Shown here: positions 50,210 to 61,800 of the stretch, one piece after another
Numbering within the stretch: position 1 is the first letter of the stretch
How the letters are laid out: each line of letters begins with the position of its first letter
Source of the DNA: Elsinoe ampelina
Lineage: Eukaryota
Assembly: GCA_010093995.1 (NCBI GenBank)
Contig: ML992518.1
Coordinates: 62,001-124,511 of the forward strand
Reading direction: 5' to 3'
DNA length: 62,511 nucleotides
The notes under the pieces: model-generated
Told to the model about the DNA's origin: nothing
Databases searched by the model: none
The model's input: the letters and a program-made list of their open reading frames with translations, nothing else
Made by a program: the position numbers and the translations under genes

Positions 50210-51852
50210 CTACACATCACGATCGAAGCTCGGCTCACTCAGTTTCTCCCGCCATTGTCGACCCTTGAACATCAGAGCGACGATACCGGCATACAATACA
50301 GCTCCGATGATGGCCATGACAGCCCACGCGATACCATACGTTGTCTCCTCCGCAAACGGGGTCATGTAGAAGCCTAATGTGAATGAGAAGATCTGGCGGC
50401 CAAAGTTGAGGAGCGTGGAGATTTCGGCAGATTGTGGTTTGTAACACTGACAAGGTCAGTAGAAGGCTCCCCAACCAGATGTTTATACTGACGTCAGTGA
50501 TATAGGCGTAGATGTTGGTTGTCACAATTTGCAAACCAAAGGCTGCGATGGAGATACCCATGATCGGTCCCATCCAATGCGTTTTGAACTGGAAGCATAC
50601 ACCTTCGATGACGACGCCAATAGGTATGAGGATAGCCCCAGGTATTGTCGCAAACAGTCTGGTCTCTGCTTTCTGATCGCCGTCGTGGGCTTTGGCATAG
50701 AGATACACCAGTCGATCCGATACAGGTCCGGCTAGCAGCTCACCAACAAGTGTGCCAACAAAAGTAGAGACGCCGATGGCCAATCCGACTCCGACTGTAT
50801 CCTGCAATGTGTCAATTCGCCATTCCCATCCGACCAATGGCTCAGACTTACAAAGTGGTAGATCCCGCCAAAGGCTGCCGCTCCAGTGACCGCAAAGAGC
50901 ACACTGCCCAGACCAAAGTGTATGCTGTAATACAAGGTAGGGAACAGCACCGAAGGATACCTCAGCATGACAAAGACATGGGTAAAGTCCCACAGCTTCA
51001 GCCCTCTCCCTCCCGTGTTGGCTCTGAAGGTCAAGTTCTTCCACCAGTCCACCTTATCAATTCCAACATGATCTCCTCTTCTCCTATACAACGTCTCCGG
51101 TAGCGCGACAGCCATCACCACAAGCTGCGCACCCAGAATAATCGCCGGTATCCAAAAGCAAGCCCTCACACCAATCTCCCTCGCAATCGGCCCCCCAATC
51201 ATGGCAGCCACATGCGCCCCGTTGGTCACAAATACAGTATACACCCCCATCATCCGTCCCCTCTCATGCAAGAAATACAAATCCGCCACCACCGCCGCGC
51301 CAACACCCATGCCCGCACTCGTCCCCACTCCAACAAAGAACCTCGCCACCAAAATCCCCGACCACGTCTTCGCCACCGCGGACGCAGCATGGCTCGCCAC
51401 CCCCACGGCCGTGACGGCCAAAAACACCGGCCTGCGCCCGTACACGTTCGCCAACGGGGAGAGGAACAACGGCGTCAACCCTGCCCCCAAGATGGCGACG
51501 TTGGTCACATAGCTGGCCGTCGGGATGGCAATGTCGAAGCTGCGCGCCAGAGGGGCAAAGGCACTGTTGATGACGGCTTGGGTGAAGGGGCCGAGGAAGG
51601 CGAGGTTGGAGACGTTGAAGAGGATCCAGAGTTTGAGGAGGGGGGGCCAGTTGAGGGGGTCGGAGGGGGAGGCTGGGGGGAGGGGTCAATGAGATGGGTT
51701 GAGTGAGGGAGAAGGGGGAACGTACATGATGGTTGCGGACGGAGGGGAAAGCCATGAGGGTCCAGGCGGAGAGGGGAGGGTTTCTCGGACTCTTCCACGT
51801 GGGAGGTGGAGGTCTTGGAGGGGACTTGGATTTCCGAGTCGGTGGAGACCAT
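50210..51852 (-). CDS. MFS transporter (DHA1/HOL1-like), multi-exon
   Basis: 'LDPHGFPLRPQP..SDPLNW', 'PLANVYGRRPV', 'DLYFLHERG', 'PETLY', 'AETRL'; introns near 51724-51672, 50851-50801 and 50494-50448; stop TAG at 50212-50210. Confidence 0.85.
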
Positions 51853-52673
51853 GGCGACGAGGTCGTTGAAGGTGAGATAGGAAAATGATGCGGGGAATGT
51901 GGGTAATGTAGCACTCGCAGCAGGATGGAGATATACTTGCCGATGACCTACCCGATGACATGCGGCAGGGATGGTTAGCTCAATCACATTCCTCCAAACC
52001 ACGGGCGAGTTACCCATTCTGCCGTCGAGGGACGAAACTCCTCGTGGTGACCACGCGATGTCCCCCAACTGATCTGCACCCGGTCGCAAGCCATGCACGG
52101 GACGATCTGGAGCGGGATTGGGGCCTGGGGAGAGGAAAGAAGCGGAGAAATACAAAATGCGGAGAAGACGACGTTGGAAAAAAATCGGGTCCATCGGCAC
52201 ACGGCACCACGGCAATCATGCACAAGCAAGGACAAGCATTCTTGTCGTGAAGTCGACTTGCCGTCCTGCAGCTAAAAAAGACCGTGGCGTGAGGCTTGCA
52301 TGTACTCTTTTTGACTTTGGAGGTTGCAGAAAGACTAAAAAAGAGGCTGCATTGCATTGCGTCTGCTTAAGCGATGCAGAGACGCGATTAGACGAGGGCG
52401 GGGCCGCTCAACAAATGGCGGCAGTCGTGTGGCAGTGCGCAGGATCGCCGAGACGATTCTGCCAAAGCTTGTTTCAACGACATGTCTTGGACTGTCTGAT
52501 TGCTACTTGTGTGAGATACTATCCATATCCTCCTGTTGGTAGCCCATATTTTCCCTAGTACCACTCTAAGAGCAAGCACTTCGTCTTGATGTGTAAGGAA
52601 AGCGGCGATCGCGACGTGCCCATCGATTTGCCTTGCCCTGTCTCACTAAACCGAAGCCCCGTCATGACGAGTC

Positions 52674-54614
52674 TCAACCGTCGTCGGAGTCCTCATCATC
52701 AGAGTCCCCATCGTCTGAAGTGTCCTCGTCCTCGATAGCTCCGTCATTCAACAATCTCCACTGACTGACCCGCTCTAGACATTTCCCGGCTTTGCAGGCA
52801 CTGTAGTCTTCACCCATAACCATGCGCTCGAACTTGACCTGTCGGCCTGTTGCGTGCTGGTGCATTTCATCAAGCTCCTCCACGGAGTCAGCATGGTGGT
52901 GAATGGACCATCGCATTGGCTCGGCAACGTGGGCGAAGAAGCGATGTAACCCCTTGAGTTCCGCTAGCGGTTCCACGATGCGGAGGTACGTCTCTTCGAT
53001 CAACACAACTTCTGTGGGCGTGATGTGTGTACGGCGATGGCTCTCTTCCGTATCTGGTGTCGCATCGGCTGCGCAGAGGCTGAGGGTAAGCTTGTTGACA
53101 CGAAGCTCTTTGTTCATGAATCTGATCAACTTCAACCAGTCCTCGTGGACGGGATACCACTCGGCGAAGAACGGGAATGGAAGTGATGTGAAGACCGGGA
53201 AGACAATCTCCACGTAGCGCAGGTGTACCAATGCGGCCTTGGGCATGAAATCGCGAAGAAAGCGTGATGCAGGGTGGCGCTTGCCGATGCTTCCCAACTT
53301 TGGCACACCTGGCGGGTCATCCGGAAGAGTGATGAACTTGTTGCCCTTGAAGAAAATCTCTTGTGAGTCGGCGAGCATCTCCTTTGAAGTCAGCATGAGA
53401 GGAATTGGTGGTTGCCAGCAGTCACAAAGTCCGTGATATGCTGAGTGATAACGACCACAGAAACAACCTTCGTCCATATGCTGCCAGCATTGCTTGAAGT
53501 CATTTGACCCATCGTAGACGTCTGAGAGTGTATGTCCGACCTGACTGACCAAGCCAGAATAGATGAGATGGAATTTGAGCGAAGGTGACCAATTCACTTC
53601 GGACATTGGCGTGATGAGATCCGTATACTGCAGGGTCAGAAGACGTATCTCACGAGGCAGGTCGAGCCACTTGAACGCTGGAAGTCTAGACCTGTCGATC
53701 TGACCAGTGCAGAGGAAGGCGACCGACCTGGCGAGGCTTGCGATACGTGGTTCGTAGGTGGCAGCAAGCCTGATTGCGCAAAGCCTGAGCTTTGGTAGGA
53801 TGGTCAGAGGGGTCGCAAATTTGACTGCGAGTTGGTGACTGTCGACATCGCACGTGAAGAGGAGAATTAGCTGATCTGGTGTAATGTGCCCAGACAAGAA
53901 GTCAAGGACATCGATCAAGTGGCTTAGAAGAGTCTCGGTCTCTTCTGCGGCAGCATCGAGAGGCTCTGTGTGCGTCGTCATGCATTTGGAATTTGACTGA
54001 CCTGAAGGGCGACAGCACTCAATGAAGCCTCTCGTCTCGCAGGTAGCAGTATGGATGTTGATGACAAGATGGTGAAGATGTGCGACGGACGATGGACGGA
54101 GCTTGAGCAAGTCCAGTGGACTCCCATCCGTGCGAAAGCTGTACGATCCATACATGTACTCCGCCAAGTCATCGTAGAAAGTGCGACATGTAAGGAGCAG
54201 GCTGTAAGTGCTCTTCATTGGGACGCTGGTGGTGAAATGACGGGCTGAAGGCTGATGCGAGCAGTGACTACCTCTGCTTGCATTACTCTTCCCGCTGTCA
54301 TCAGTCTCGCTGCTGGTGTCGGTCCAGTCGCTCGGCTCGATGTGATCACTATCAAGACCGTCCACGAGACGGCCGTCGTGCGTAGGGACTGGTGCGGTGT
54401 TGTCGACGGAGCCAGACTCGTCGTCGCTGTCCTGCGGGCAGAAAGAGTCGTTCTCTGCGGCATTGTGGCCAGGAGTACCGTCGAACGAGACTTCGCAGAA
54501 TAGCGGAAAGCCACAAAGATGGAAGATCCTCAGCCTGACATGCTTCGGAAGACCCAGCAAAGAGGGCGTGGACATGTTCTTCAGTTCACGTTGGTCCATT
54601 CCTGTAGAAGCCAT
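52674..54614 (-). CDS. Intronless protein with two F-box-like motifs and a Cys/His cluster (paralog 1, 646 aa)
   Basis: 'SLLGLPKHVRLRIF' and 'FKWLDLPREIRLLTL', plus 'CFCGRYHSAY...CDCWQPP'; clear similarity to 55024..56877. Confidence 0.8.
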   Translation of the reverse strand: MASTGMDQRELKNMSTPSLLGLPKHVRLRIFHLCGFPLFCEVSFDGTPGHNAAENDSFCPQDSDDESGSVDNTAPVPTHDGRLVDGLDSDHIEPSDWTDTSSETDDSGKSNASRGSHCSHQPSARHFTTSVPMKSTYSLLLTCRTFYDDLAEYMYGSYSFRTDGSPLDLLKLRPSSVAHLHHLVINIHTATCETRGFIECCRPSGQSNSKCMTTHTEPLDAAAEETETLLSHLIDVLDFLSGHITPDQLILLFTCDVDSHQLAVKFATPLTILPKLRLCAIRLAATYEPRIASLARSVAFLCTGQIDRSRLPAFKWLDLPREIRLLTLQYTDLITPMSEVNWSPSLKFHLIYSGLVSQVGHTLSDVYDGSNDFKQCWQHMDEGCFCGRYHSAYHGLCDCWQPPIPLMLTSKEMLADSQEIFFKGNKFITLPDDPPGVPKLGSIGKRHPASRFLRDFMPKAALVHLRYVEIVFPVFTSLPFPFFAEWYPVHEDWLKLIRFMNKELRVNKLTLSLCAADATPDTEESHRRTHITPTEVVLIEETYLRIVEPLAELKGLHRFFAHVAEPMRWSIHHHADSVEELDEMHQHATGRQVKFERMVMGEDYSACKAGKCLERVSQWRLLNDGAIEDEDTSDDGDSDDEDSDDG

Positions 54615-55023
54615 TGGTTTGCTGCACCAGATAGTGCCGAGCTCAGCCTGCGATATACTCAGTCACCATACGAGATCCATCACATCACCACCGACTATCT
54701 CACCAACCAAAGATTTTCGTGTCTGCTATGCAGATTTGCAGCGAGCAACGGACACCCATCAACACCAAAAAATTGCACGACCTCCGCGAAGAAAAAACAA
54801 GAAGAAGTCATGTGAGAGGCCAAAGCTTTTGGGCAGGCAACAACGACAGCTACAAACGCGCGACGCGCCCAACACGGCACATGTCATTCACATTCATGGA
54901 TCACATCCGTATGAATGTTTCCAATTTACTCCAAGATCTGCAACTCTTTTCCTTCACATTCACATCGACATCTGTCTGTGAACGCCTCATAGGGCGCGCT
55001 CGTCCATTATACAATCATTCGGC

Positions 55024-56877
55024 ATGCCTGACAAGCAGATCAGAGTGTGCAACTGGCTTCCTGGTGCTCGATGCAAACATCGATCATTCCTGGACTTCCC
55101 AGAGAATGTACGGAACAAGATATACCGATACGTCGGTTTCACACGCTACGATTACATCCAATACGATGGCACATCGGAGCCCCAAGCCGCCATCGACAAG
55201 TCGAAGCAAGGTGAGGAGCAAGATCAGTCTGGATCTGGACAGGAGGACCAAGAGAAGGATGACGAGGAGAGCGTATACGACAGCGATCAAGAAAGTGAAT
55301 ATGACAGCGACGAAGATCCAGCCGAAGCCGAAGATCGCAAGCTTGCGCGACTGCTGAGAGATCCAGAAGTCAAAGGCTCCGTCTTCGGGAAGATCAGCCT
55401 TATGCTCTGCTGCAAGACAATGTATCACGAGATTCTGCGAATGACCTATGCTGAAAACAGGTTCGGCATAACTCACTCGCCAAAAGCCCTGAAGCGCATG
55501 ACGGCCGACTCAACTGCTTTACTCACAATGCTCGATTGCGACCTCCACAAGGCTGATGGAGGTATGGTTCCAGATCATCCCGGCCTAGGTAGCGAGGTGG
55601 ATCATGTGGGGCCCTTGGGAGATCAGCTACAGATTGCATCCCCACGTACCTCTCATCTATTGATGGGCTGGCTTGAGGCACTAGATCATCTCGCTCGACA
55701 CATCAATCCGGATACTCTTGATCTTTCACTGATCTGCGATGTGGAAAGCTTTGCACTGGCGTCGGCATTCGTCTCACCTCTCTTGACACTACCGCGTCTT
55801 AAGAAATGCTCATTGAGGCTGAGTGCACGTCCCGATCCACAGATTAGACAGCTTGTTCGCCGCATCTCTCAGACATGCACTGGTACGTCCAGGTCGGATA
55901 CCCCTGCGTTCCGATACATGGACCTTCCCCGAGAACTGCGACTACTTACCATGAGTTTTACCGATCTGGTGGCACCTCTTTGCGAGATTCACTGGAACCA
56001 GGAAGAAGGTTATCATCTCCAACGATCCGAACGATATGGAACACATGTCAGCGACACTTATGACAATTACGAACGTGGAGGCATGGACCTGCACGACTGC
56101 TGGATTTCCACTGACGAGAGGTGCTTCTGCAGCCGTTACCATGCAGCCTATTGTGAGGAATGCAACTGCTGGATGCCTCCCACACCACTCTTCCTCGTTT
56201 CCGCAGAAGTTCGCCTGGATGCCGTAGAGGTCTTTTTCAGGAGCAATCGCTTCTGCATATTGCCATTCACGTCACAAGATCTCCACCTCGGATGTCACCC
56301 TGTGGAAGATCTAATGCAGCCGTTGCCTATCCGTTCTTTCTTACGGTCCACTGTACCTGATCTAGGCTTGCCTCACCTGCGCTTCATTGAGTTGGCCTTT
56401 GGTCCTGTGAGAATGAATAACGCCCTTCATGCACAACTACCAGACTTCTACAACAAATTGACCACGGAAGTTACCTTCATCAAAGAGCACTTGCACCTTG
56501 GCCGCCTCACACTGGTGGTGCATATGGCGGATTTATGCCATCACAGCGCCTTCATTCCCACCAGAGCCGCGGTGCCAGACAAGGTCTTGAGAAGGGTTGG
56601 TACGATGTACGAAATCATCGGCAAGCGTCTCGCCAGCCTCTCAGGCCTAAAGTGCTTCTATGCCTTTCTGGCCGAGCCTTTGCGGTGGAGCATCGAGAGA
56701 GAAGCGAGCACCGACGAGGGTGAGGAGCTCATCAGGGATCTCAAGTCGGCGAAAGAGATCGACATGGAGCGCCTTGTCATGGGCGATGACTACGTGGCTG
56801 TGGATCATGGGAAGCTACAATACATCCAGTCGGCATGGTATGTGAAGAACGAGGGATGGGACGAGATATATGGATGA
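55024..56877 (+). CDS. Intronless protein with two F-box-like motifs and a Cys/His cluster (paralog 2, 617 aa)
   Basis: 'SFLDFPENVRNKIY' and 'FRYMDLPRELRLLTM', plus 'CFCSRYHAAY...CNCWMPP'. Confidence 0.8.
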   Translation: MPDKQIRVCNWLPGARCKHRSFLDFPENVRNKIYRYVGFTRYDYIQYDGTSEPQAAIDKSKQGEEQDQSGSGQEDQEKDDEESVYDSDQESEYDSDEDPAEAEDRKLARLLRDPEVKGSVFGKISLMLCCKTMYHEILRMTYAENRFGITHSPKALKRMTADSTALLTMLDCDLHKADGGMVPDHPGLGSEVDHVGPLGDQLQIASPRTSHLLMGWLEALDHLARHINPDTLDLSLICDVESFALASAFVSPLLTLPRLKKCSLRLSARPDPQIRQLVRRISQTCTGTSRSDTPAFRYMDLPRELRLLTMSFTDLVAPLCEIHWNQEEGYHLQRSERYGTHVSDTYDNYERGGMDLHDCWISTDERCFCSRYHAAYCEECNCWMPPTPLFLVSAEVRLDAVEVFFRSNRFCILPFTSQDLHLGCHPVEDLMQPLPIRSFLRSTVPDLGLPHLRFIELAFGPVRMNNALHAQLPDFYNKLTTEVTFIKEHLHLGRLTLVVHMADLCHHSAFIPTRAAVPDKVLRRVGTMYEIIGKRLASLSGLKCFYAFLAEPLRWSIEREASTDEGEELIRDLKSAKEIDMERLVMGDDYVAVDHGKLQYIQSAWYVKNEGWDEIYG

Positions 56878-57156
56878 AAGGACGAGAGGCCCGGACCTTT
56901 GGTCAAGATTCTGCGGACTGAACTGCTGTGGGGTCAAGGAACGCAGCGTCCCGCTTGATGGAATGCAGAGGGAGCAGCTATTGAAGCAAATTTCCCAGCA
57001 GTCCTTAGCGCTCGTGTGACAGACATAGCTTTGAGTATATCATATAGAACGCAATGACCCCCACATGTGTGTCTCATACCTCCGAAGCCGCCGTAATACC
57101 GCAGTATCGCTAACAAAGTGTGGCAGAGATGAAGATTCTGTTCATTGCCAATTGAT

Positions 57157-58155
57157 CTATTGCACCGGAAAGTTTGCCGGCTTGATGGGAGCAAATAGAT
57201 CTTCAAGTGCCACCATCTTGTCGATCAAGCCTTGCTCATACAGATAGAGCACCAACGCCTCCAGCGTCTTCCTGTTTGGCTCAATGCCATACGGCCAACA
57301 ATCCCCCCCGAAAGTCTCCTTGATATCGTCCAACGCCTCGGGCAACCACGGTAGCATATACCTCAACGCACTCGTGCTCTCCATCCTCTTCCTGGCCAGG
57401 TCCTTACTCTTCTCAAACGCCTCGAACAAACTCGTCGCAATCCAGGTATTCCTCTCCCACACCTCCCTCCTGATCGCGACCAGGTGCATAATCGGAAATA
57501 TCCCCGTGCGCTTGTAAAACGCCTTTTCCTCCTTCTTGAACTCAGGCCAAAGTCTCCTCACGCTCCCCTGCCCCAGACACGCCGGAGGATCCGCGCCGAT
57601 CGTGGCATCCACATCCCCGTCCCTCAGCAGATCACTCAACGACCTCCCCGTGTCCGTGTTCTTCTCGATCTGTACGCCTACAGGCGGGGGCAGACTCCCC
57701 GGCTTACCATGCGAGCCTGGCCCCTCCATCTTCCCTTCCACCCACGTCACGCCGGAGAGATCGACCCCGTAGTCATGCGCTAGTATGCCGCGCTGCCACA
57801 CGGCCGCCGTCATGGTGTAGTGCTGCACCCCGATGCGCTTCCCCTCGAGGTCTTTGGGCGATTTGAGCCTGTCCGAGTTGACGGCGATGAAGCTGTGGCG
57901 GAATGCGCGCGAGGGGAACACGGGGAGGGCGATGAAGCGGCGGTCCCCCGAGACGTGGAGGGTGATGTACTCGCTTGTGGAGAGCTCGGCGAGGTCGAAG
58001 TCGGAGGTGGTGATGAAGCGGTCGAAGACGTCGCGGGGGTGGTCGATGGGGAGGAAGCGGAGGGCGATGCCGCTGGGTCGGGTCTCGGTGTGGAGGAGGG
58101 AGAGGAAGCGGTCGTAGGGGGCGGAGGCGAATGTGAGGGGGAGGAGGTCGGACAT
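57157..58155 (-). CDS. 4,5-dihydroxyphthalate decarboxylase-like protein (periplasmic-binding-protein-like fold)
   Basis: 'LTFA..PYDR', 'FDLAELS', 'ALPVFPSRAFRHS', 'DLEGKRIGV..YTMTAAVW.RGIL', 'TGIFPIMH', 'WPYGIEPNRKTL' follow the pattern of the bacterial Pht5/OphC family; no introns. Confidence 0.85.
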   Translation of the reverse strand: MSDLLPLTFASAPYDRFLSLLHTETRPSGIALRFLPIDHPRDVFDRFITTSDFDLAELSTSEYITLHVSGDRRFIALPVFPSRAFRHSFIAVNSDRLKSPKDLEGKRIGVQHYTMTAAVWQRGILAHDYGVDLSGVTWVEGKMEGPGSHGKPGSLPPPVGVQIEKNTDTGRSLSDLLRDGDVDATIGADPPACLGQGSVRRLWPEFKKEEKAFYKRTGIFPIMHLVAIRREVWERNTWIATSLFEAFEKSKDLARKRMESTSALRYMLPWLPEALDDIKETFGGDCWPYGIEPNRKTLEALVLYLYEQGLIDKMVALEDLFAPIKPANFPVQ

Positions 58156-58156
58156 G

Positions 58157-58183
58157 GTTGGTGGTGGTGGTGGTGGTGGTGGT
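58157..58183. repeat. (GGT)n microsatellite immediately upstream of the decarboxylase ATG
   Basis: gttggtggtggtggtggtggtggtggt seen directly. Confidence 0.8.
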
Positions 58184-58701
58184 CGGAGGTGGGAGGTGGG
58201 AAGGACTTACTTTGGTGTGAGCATACCTTGTTCTTCAGTACAGCTTGTTGCGCTTTGTTTGAGCTCAAGGGACGTAGCTGCCGGGCCCAATTGCCAGCGC
58301 CATACCGTGGGAGTTGGTTGGAGGGGTTGCACGGCTGGTTGTGCCGATCGCGGGTGTAGATCTTGCGAGCTGCGAGCAGGAGGTCATGGTCGCCTTGGAG
58401 AAGCTTGGGGAAAGCTTGGAGAAGTAGCAATTGAGGATGAGTTGGTCGCCAACAGTCCCGTGCCGCTAGCTGAATAGACCTTGGAAGTCATGAGCAACAA
58501 TGAATGGTATGAGGGGCGAAGAGTATCTCTGAGTTCACACCCACCGGTTGGTGCTCAATCTGCCGACAAACCTAGATTCGGCTGATAATTGACATCCATT
58601 CCATTCGGCGATGGAGCTTGTCGACAGTATGTTGATCGATGGGACTGGTATAGGTGGTGCTCAAATCAGAGTGGCAAATTTGTGAAGATGAGGGCCGATA
58701 C

Positions 58702-58843
58702 TGTTGTAATGGAAGGCTGGTACAGCTTCTCTGGTACTGAAGAACTGGTACTGATGAGTCAGCGCACGCACAGTAGATAAATCGGTTATTGTAACTCTCT
58801 GAATAAAACACACGTCTCTCGATCCGATTTGCTAGTTATAACA
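58702..58843 (+). repeat. Probable 5' LTR of the Copia element (142 bp)
   Basis: Starts TGTTGTAA and ends TTATAACA (inverted termini with one C>T); contains AATAAA at 58802; directly followed by GGTTATAAGCCC, matching the copia-type primer-binding site GGTTATGAGCCC with one G>A. Confidence 0.7.
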
Positions 58844-61800
58844 GGTTATAAGCCCGGCGCTTCTACAAAAGCACTTAAAGCTATAGCAAATTAAGCGTGT
58901 CATTATTAAAAGGATTACTAAGCCGCCTATACTAAATTCTAGACTAGCTATATTAAGACAAATACTTGTAGTAGCCCGCATTAACCCTTTAATTAAACAG
59001 TTTAAACGGCTTAAACAAGCTAATTATATTAATTAAATTAATAGGCCTTTAGCTAATTACTATTATTATATCTAGATTAGCAAAAATGCTTGAGACTTAG
59101 ATTCTTAAGAGAGAAAGTAACTATAATACTTAGAAATTAACCCTTAAGGTAGCCCTCCTTAAAAAGGATATACTTAGATATACAATTTATAACATTGACT
59201 AGATACTAGCAGTTATAAAGCCTAAAGAACTAGCCCTAGATACTAGTAAAGGCACTAAGGCAATCTATAAGGTTAGGAATAAGACCTAGTATAAGAATAA
59301 TAGAATTACTTATAGTGTTATTATAATAAGGATTTATAAATCTATTAGACCTTACTATAGTACAACTTAGAAGACTTTAAAGAAACTTCTAGACACTATT
59401 AAAGCTACATTTAAACCTATTGTTTTATATAAGCTATATATAGCTATCTATAACCTTAATAAGGTAATTATAACAAGTTATAATACCTAAAGGTACTATA
59501 AAGATTTTATAAAGTACTATTATTAATACACTATTACTATAGAGCAAAGAGTAAGCACTATTAGTACTAAACTAGATAAGTTTAGGCTCCCTCTATACTA
59601 TATTAAGACTATGTTTATTATAGGAATAGAGACTACTAAATAGTTAAGGAGCTAGAGATCTAGCCTTAACTATAAGAAGAGTCTTAAAGAGATAATAGAC
59701 TCTCTTAGAATATAGAAGCCCCTATATAATAGAAGAACTAATCTAAACCCTATTTATAAAGTAGCTAGTTATATTAAGGATTAATACACTTAGTACACTT
59801 ATTATATCTACTCTAATATAAATTACTTTAAGTAGTACCCTAAGAAAGTACTAAAGAGTTAGAGTAAAAGGAATAACAAAGATAAGTTAAATAATAAAGG
59901 TATAAAGGCTAAAGACAAAGGTAATAAGTTAAAGACTAAGAAAGTTAGAGGTTAAGTAGCTATTAAAGAATCTAGAGAACCTACTAAGGTAGGTAAATTA
60001 GATAAACGCTCTAATACTAATATTAATATTATTATACTAGTCTATAGAGTAGTAGTAGTATCTATATTATTATCCTTAACCTATAGCAAGAATAGAGCAA
60101 TCTATAACTCTAGTATATTAAGGCACTTTATTAAAGATAGGTTATAGTTCTTAATAATTAAGGTATATAAAAGTGTTTTTAAATTTAAACAAGCTATTAG
60201 CATAAAGAAGCTACTTAATATAGAAGTAGGCATAGTTAGGCTTACTCTAACTAATAGCAAAGGCAAGAAGTTAATTATTAAGCTTTATAATTATATATAC
60301 TTACTATTATTACTAAATACTCTTATATCTAATCTTTAGAATAAAGAGAAACTTAGTATCTCTATAGTTAGTAAATCCTTAATAAAGGATAGAAAGGAAG
60401 TTAGCCTTATTAAACACTTTAAAAGAGTTAAATAGCTTAAGAACTTTAAAGTATATAAGCCTTAGAACTATAAGGAATTACCTATAAGGCTAAAACTATA
60501 GAAGCTATAGGCTATAAGAGTAAATCTAGCTATTATAACTACTTAAAAGCTAACATTAGAAAGATAGCACTAGAGATTAAGCTATATTAGTAACACTATT
60601 CTCTCCCTTACTAAAAGTTAAGCTATTAGATTAGAAGAACTTTAAATATTAGATCTTAGCTACTATAAACTATATACTATATTAAAGACATAGAGAGTAG
60701 TATTAAGGGAACTAAGGGATATACTAAAATACTTACTAGATAAGCTCTATCTAGACCTTATTAGTCCTATTAAACTATAGTTAAGTAAGGGCTATAAATA
60801 CCTTCTCCTTATAATATATAGTAAGAGTAAGTATAAGTTTATTACTATTCTCTTCCTTAAGAGTAATATACTAGTAGTAATTAAACTTATCTATACAAGG
60901 AATAAAATAGCCTATAATAAGCTTTTATTTATCTTTATCTCTAATAGAGGAGGTAAATTTAGGAACTATAAACTAGTAATAGCTATTTATCTTAAAGGGT
61001 AGAGATAGAACATCTCTATACCTAATACTTAATACTAAAATAGTAAATCTAAGGCTACTAATAAAGTAGTTATTCTTAGAATAAGGTATATCTTTGTTAA
61101 TTATAGAGCACTCCTTAAACTCTAGTATATAGTTATAAAGTTTATAATTTATATTAGTAATAGAATTACTTATACTAAAACTAAGAAGATCCCTATATAA
61201 GAGCTAAGAAAGAATCTTCTTAATAATAATAGGCTAGTCTTATTAACTTATATTAGACACTTTAGCTATAGAGCCTATATCTATAACTAACATATTTCTA
61301 AATTATATAAATTCTAAGCTAGAGTACTACTTAGTTAGTATATTAGTATATAGAACAACTTAATAACTAATTACCTTATCTAGATACTCTATTAGTATTA
61401 TACTTAGTAAGCCTAGAAGGAAAAGATTATTATATTACCCTATATAACATTTAATAAGAATATAGTCTATAAAGACTAGGCAATATAAGTCATTAAATAG
61501 CTATATATCCTATAGGTATAATAACCTAAAGCTTTATAGCTTTAGGGGGAGTAGACATTTAGTAGTAATTATAATTAAGGCTATAGCTATAACTAACTAC
61601 CCTTTAGTTATAAGAATCTATAAACTACTTAGGCTAAACAACCTTAAGTTAAACAACTAACATCTAACTACCCTTCTATCCCTAGATATAAATAACAATT
61701 ATCTACCCCTATTAAAGAATAGAAGGAGTAATACTAACATTCTAAACTAGATCCTTAACCTGTTAATAAATAGGGGAAGTAACTTAATATTACTAATTAT

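Noticed and set aside
57810..58477. ORFs containing poly-His, poly-Trp or poly-Gly runs
   Set aside because: Artefacts of the (GGT)n microsatellite read in alternative frames.
23800..58700. Secondary-metabolite cluster or Starship interpretation of the gene island
   Set aside because: No PKS/NRPS/terpene synthase and no DUF3435 captain; the content is mostly conserved housekeeping genes.
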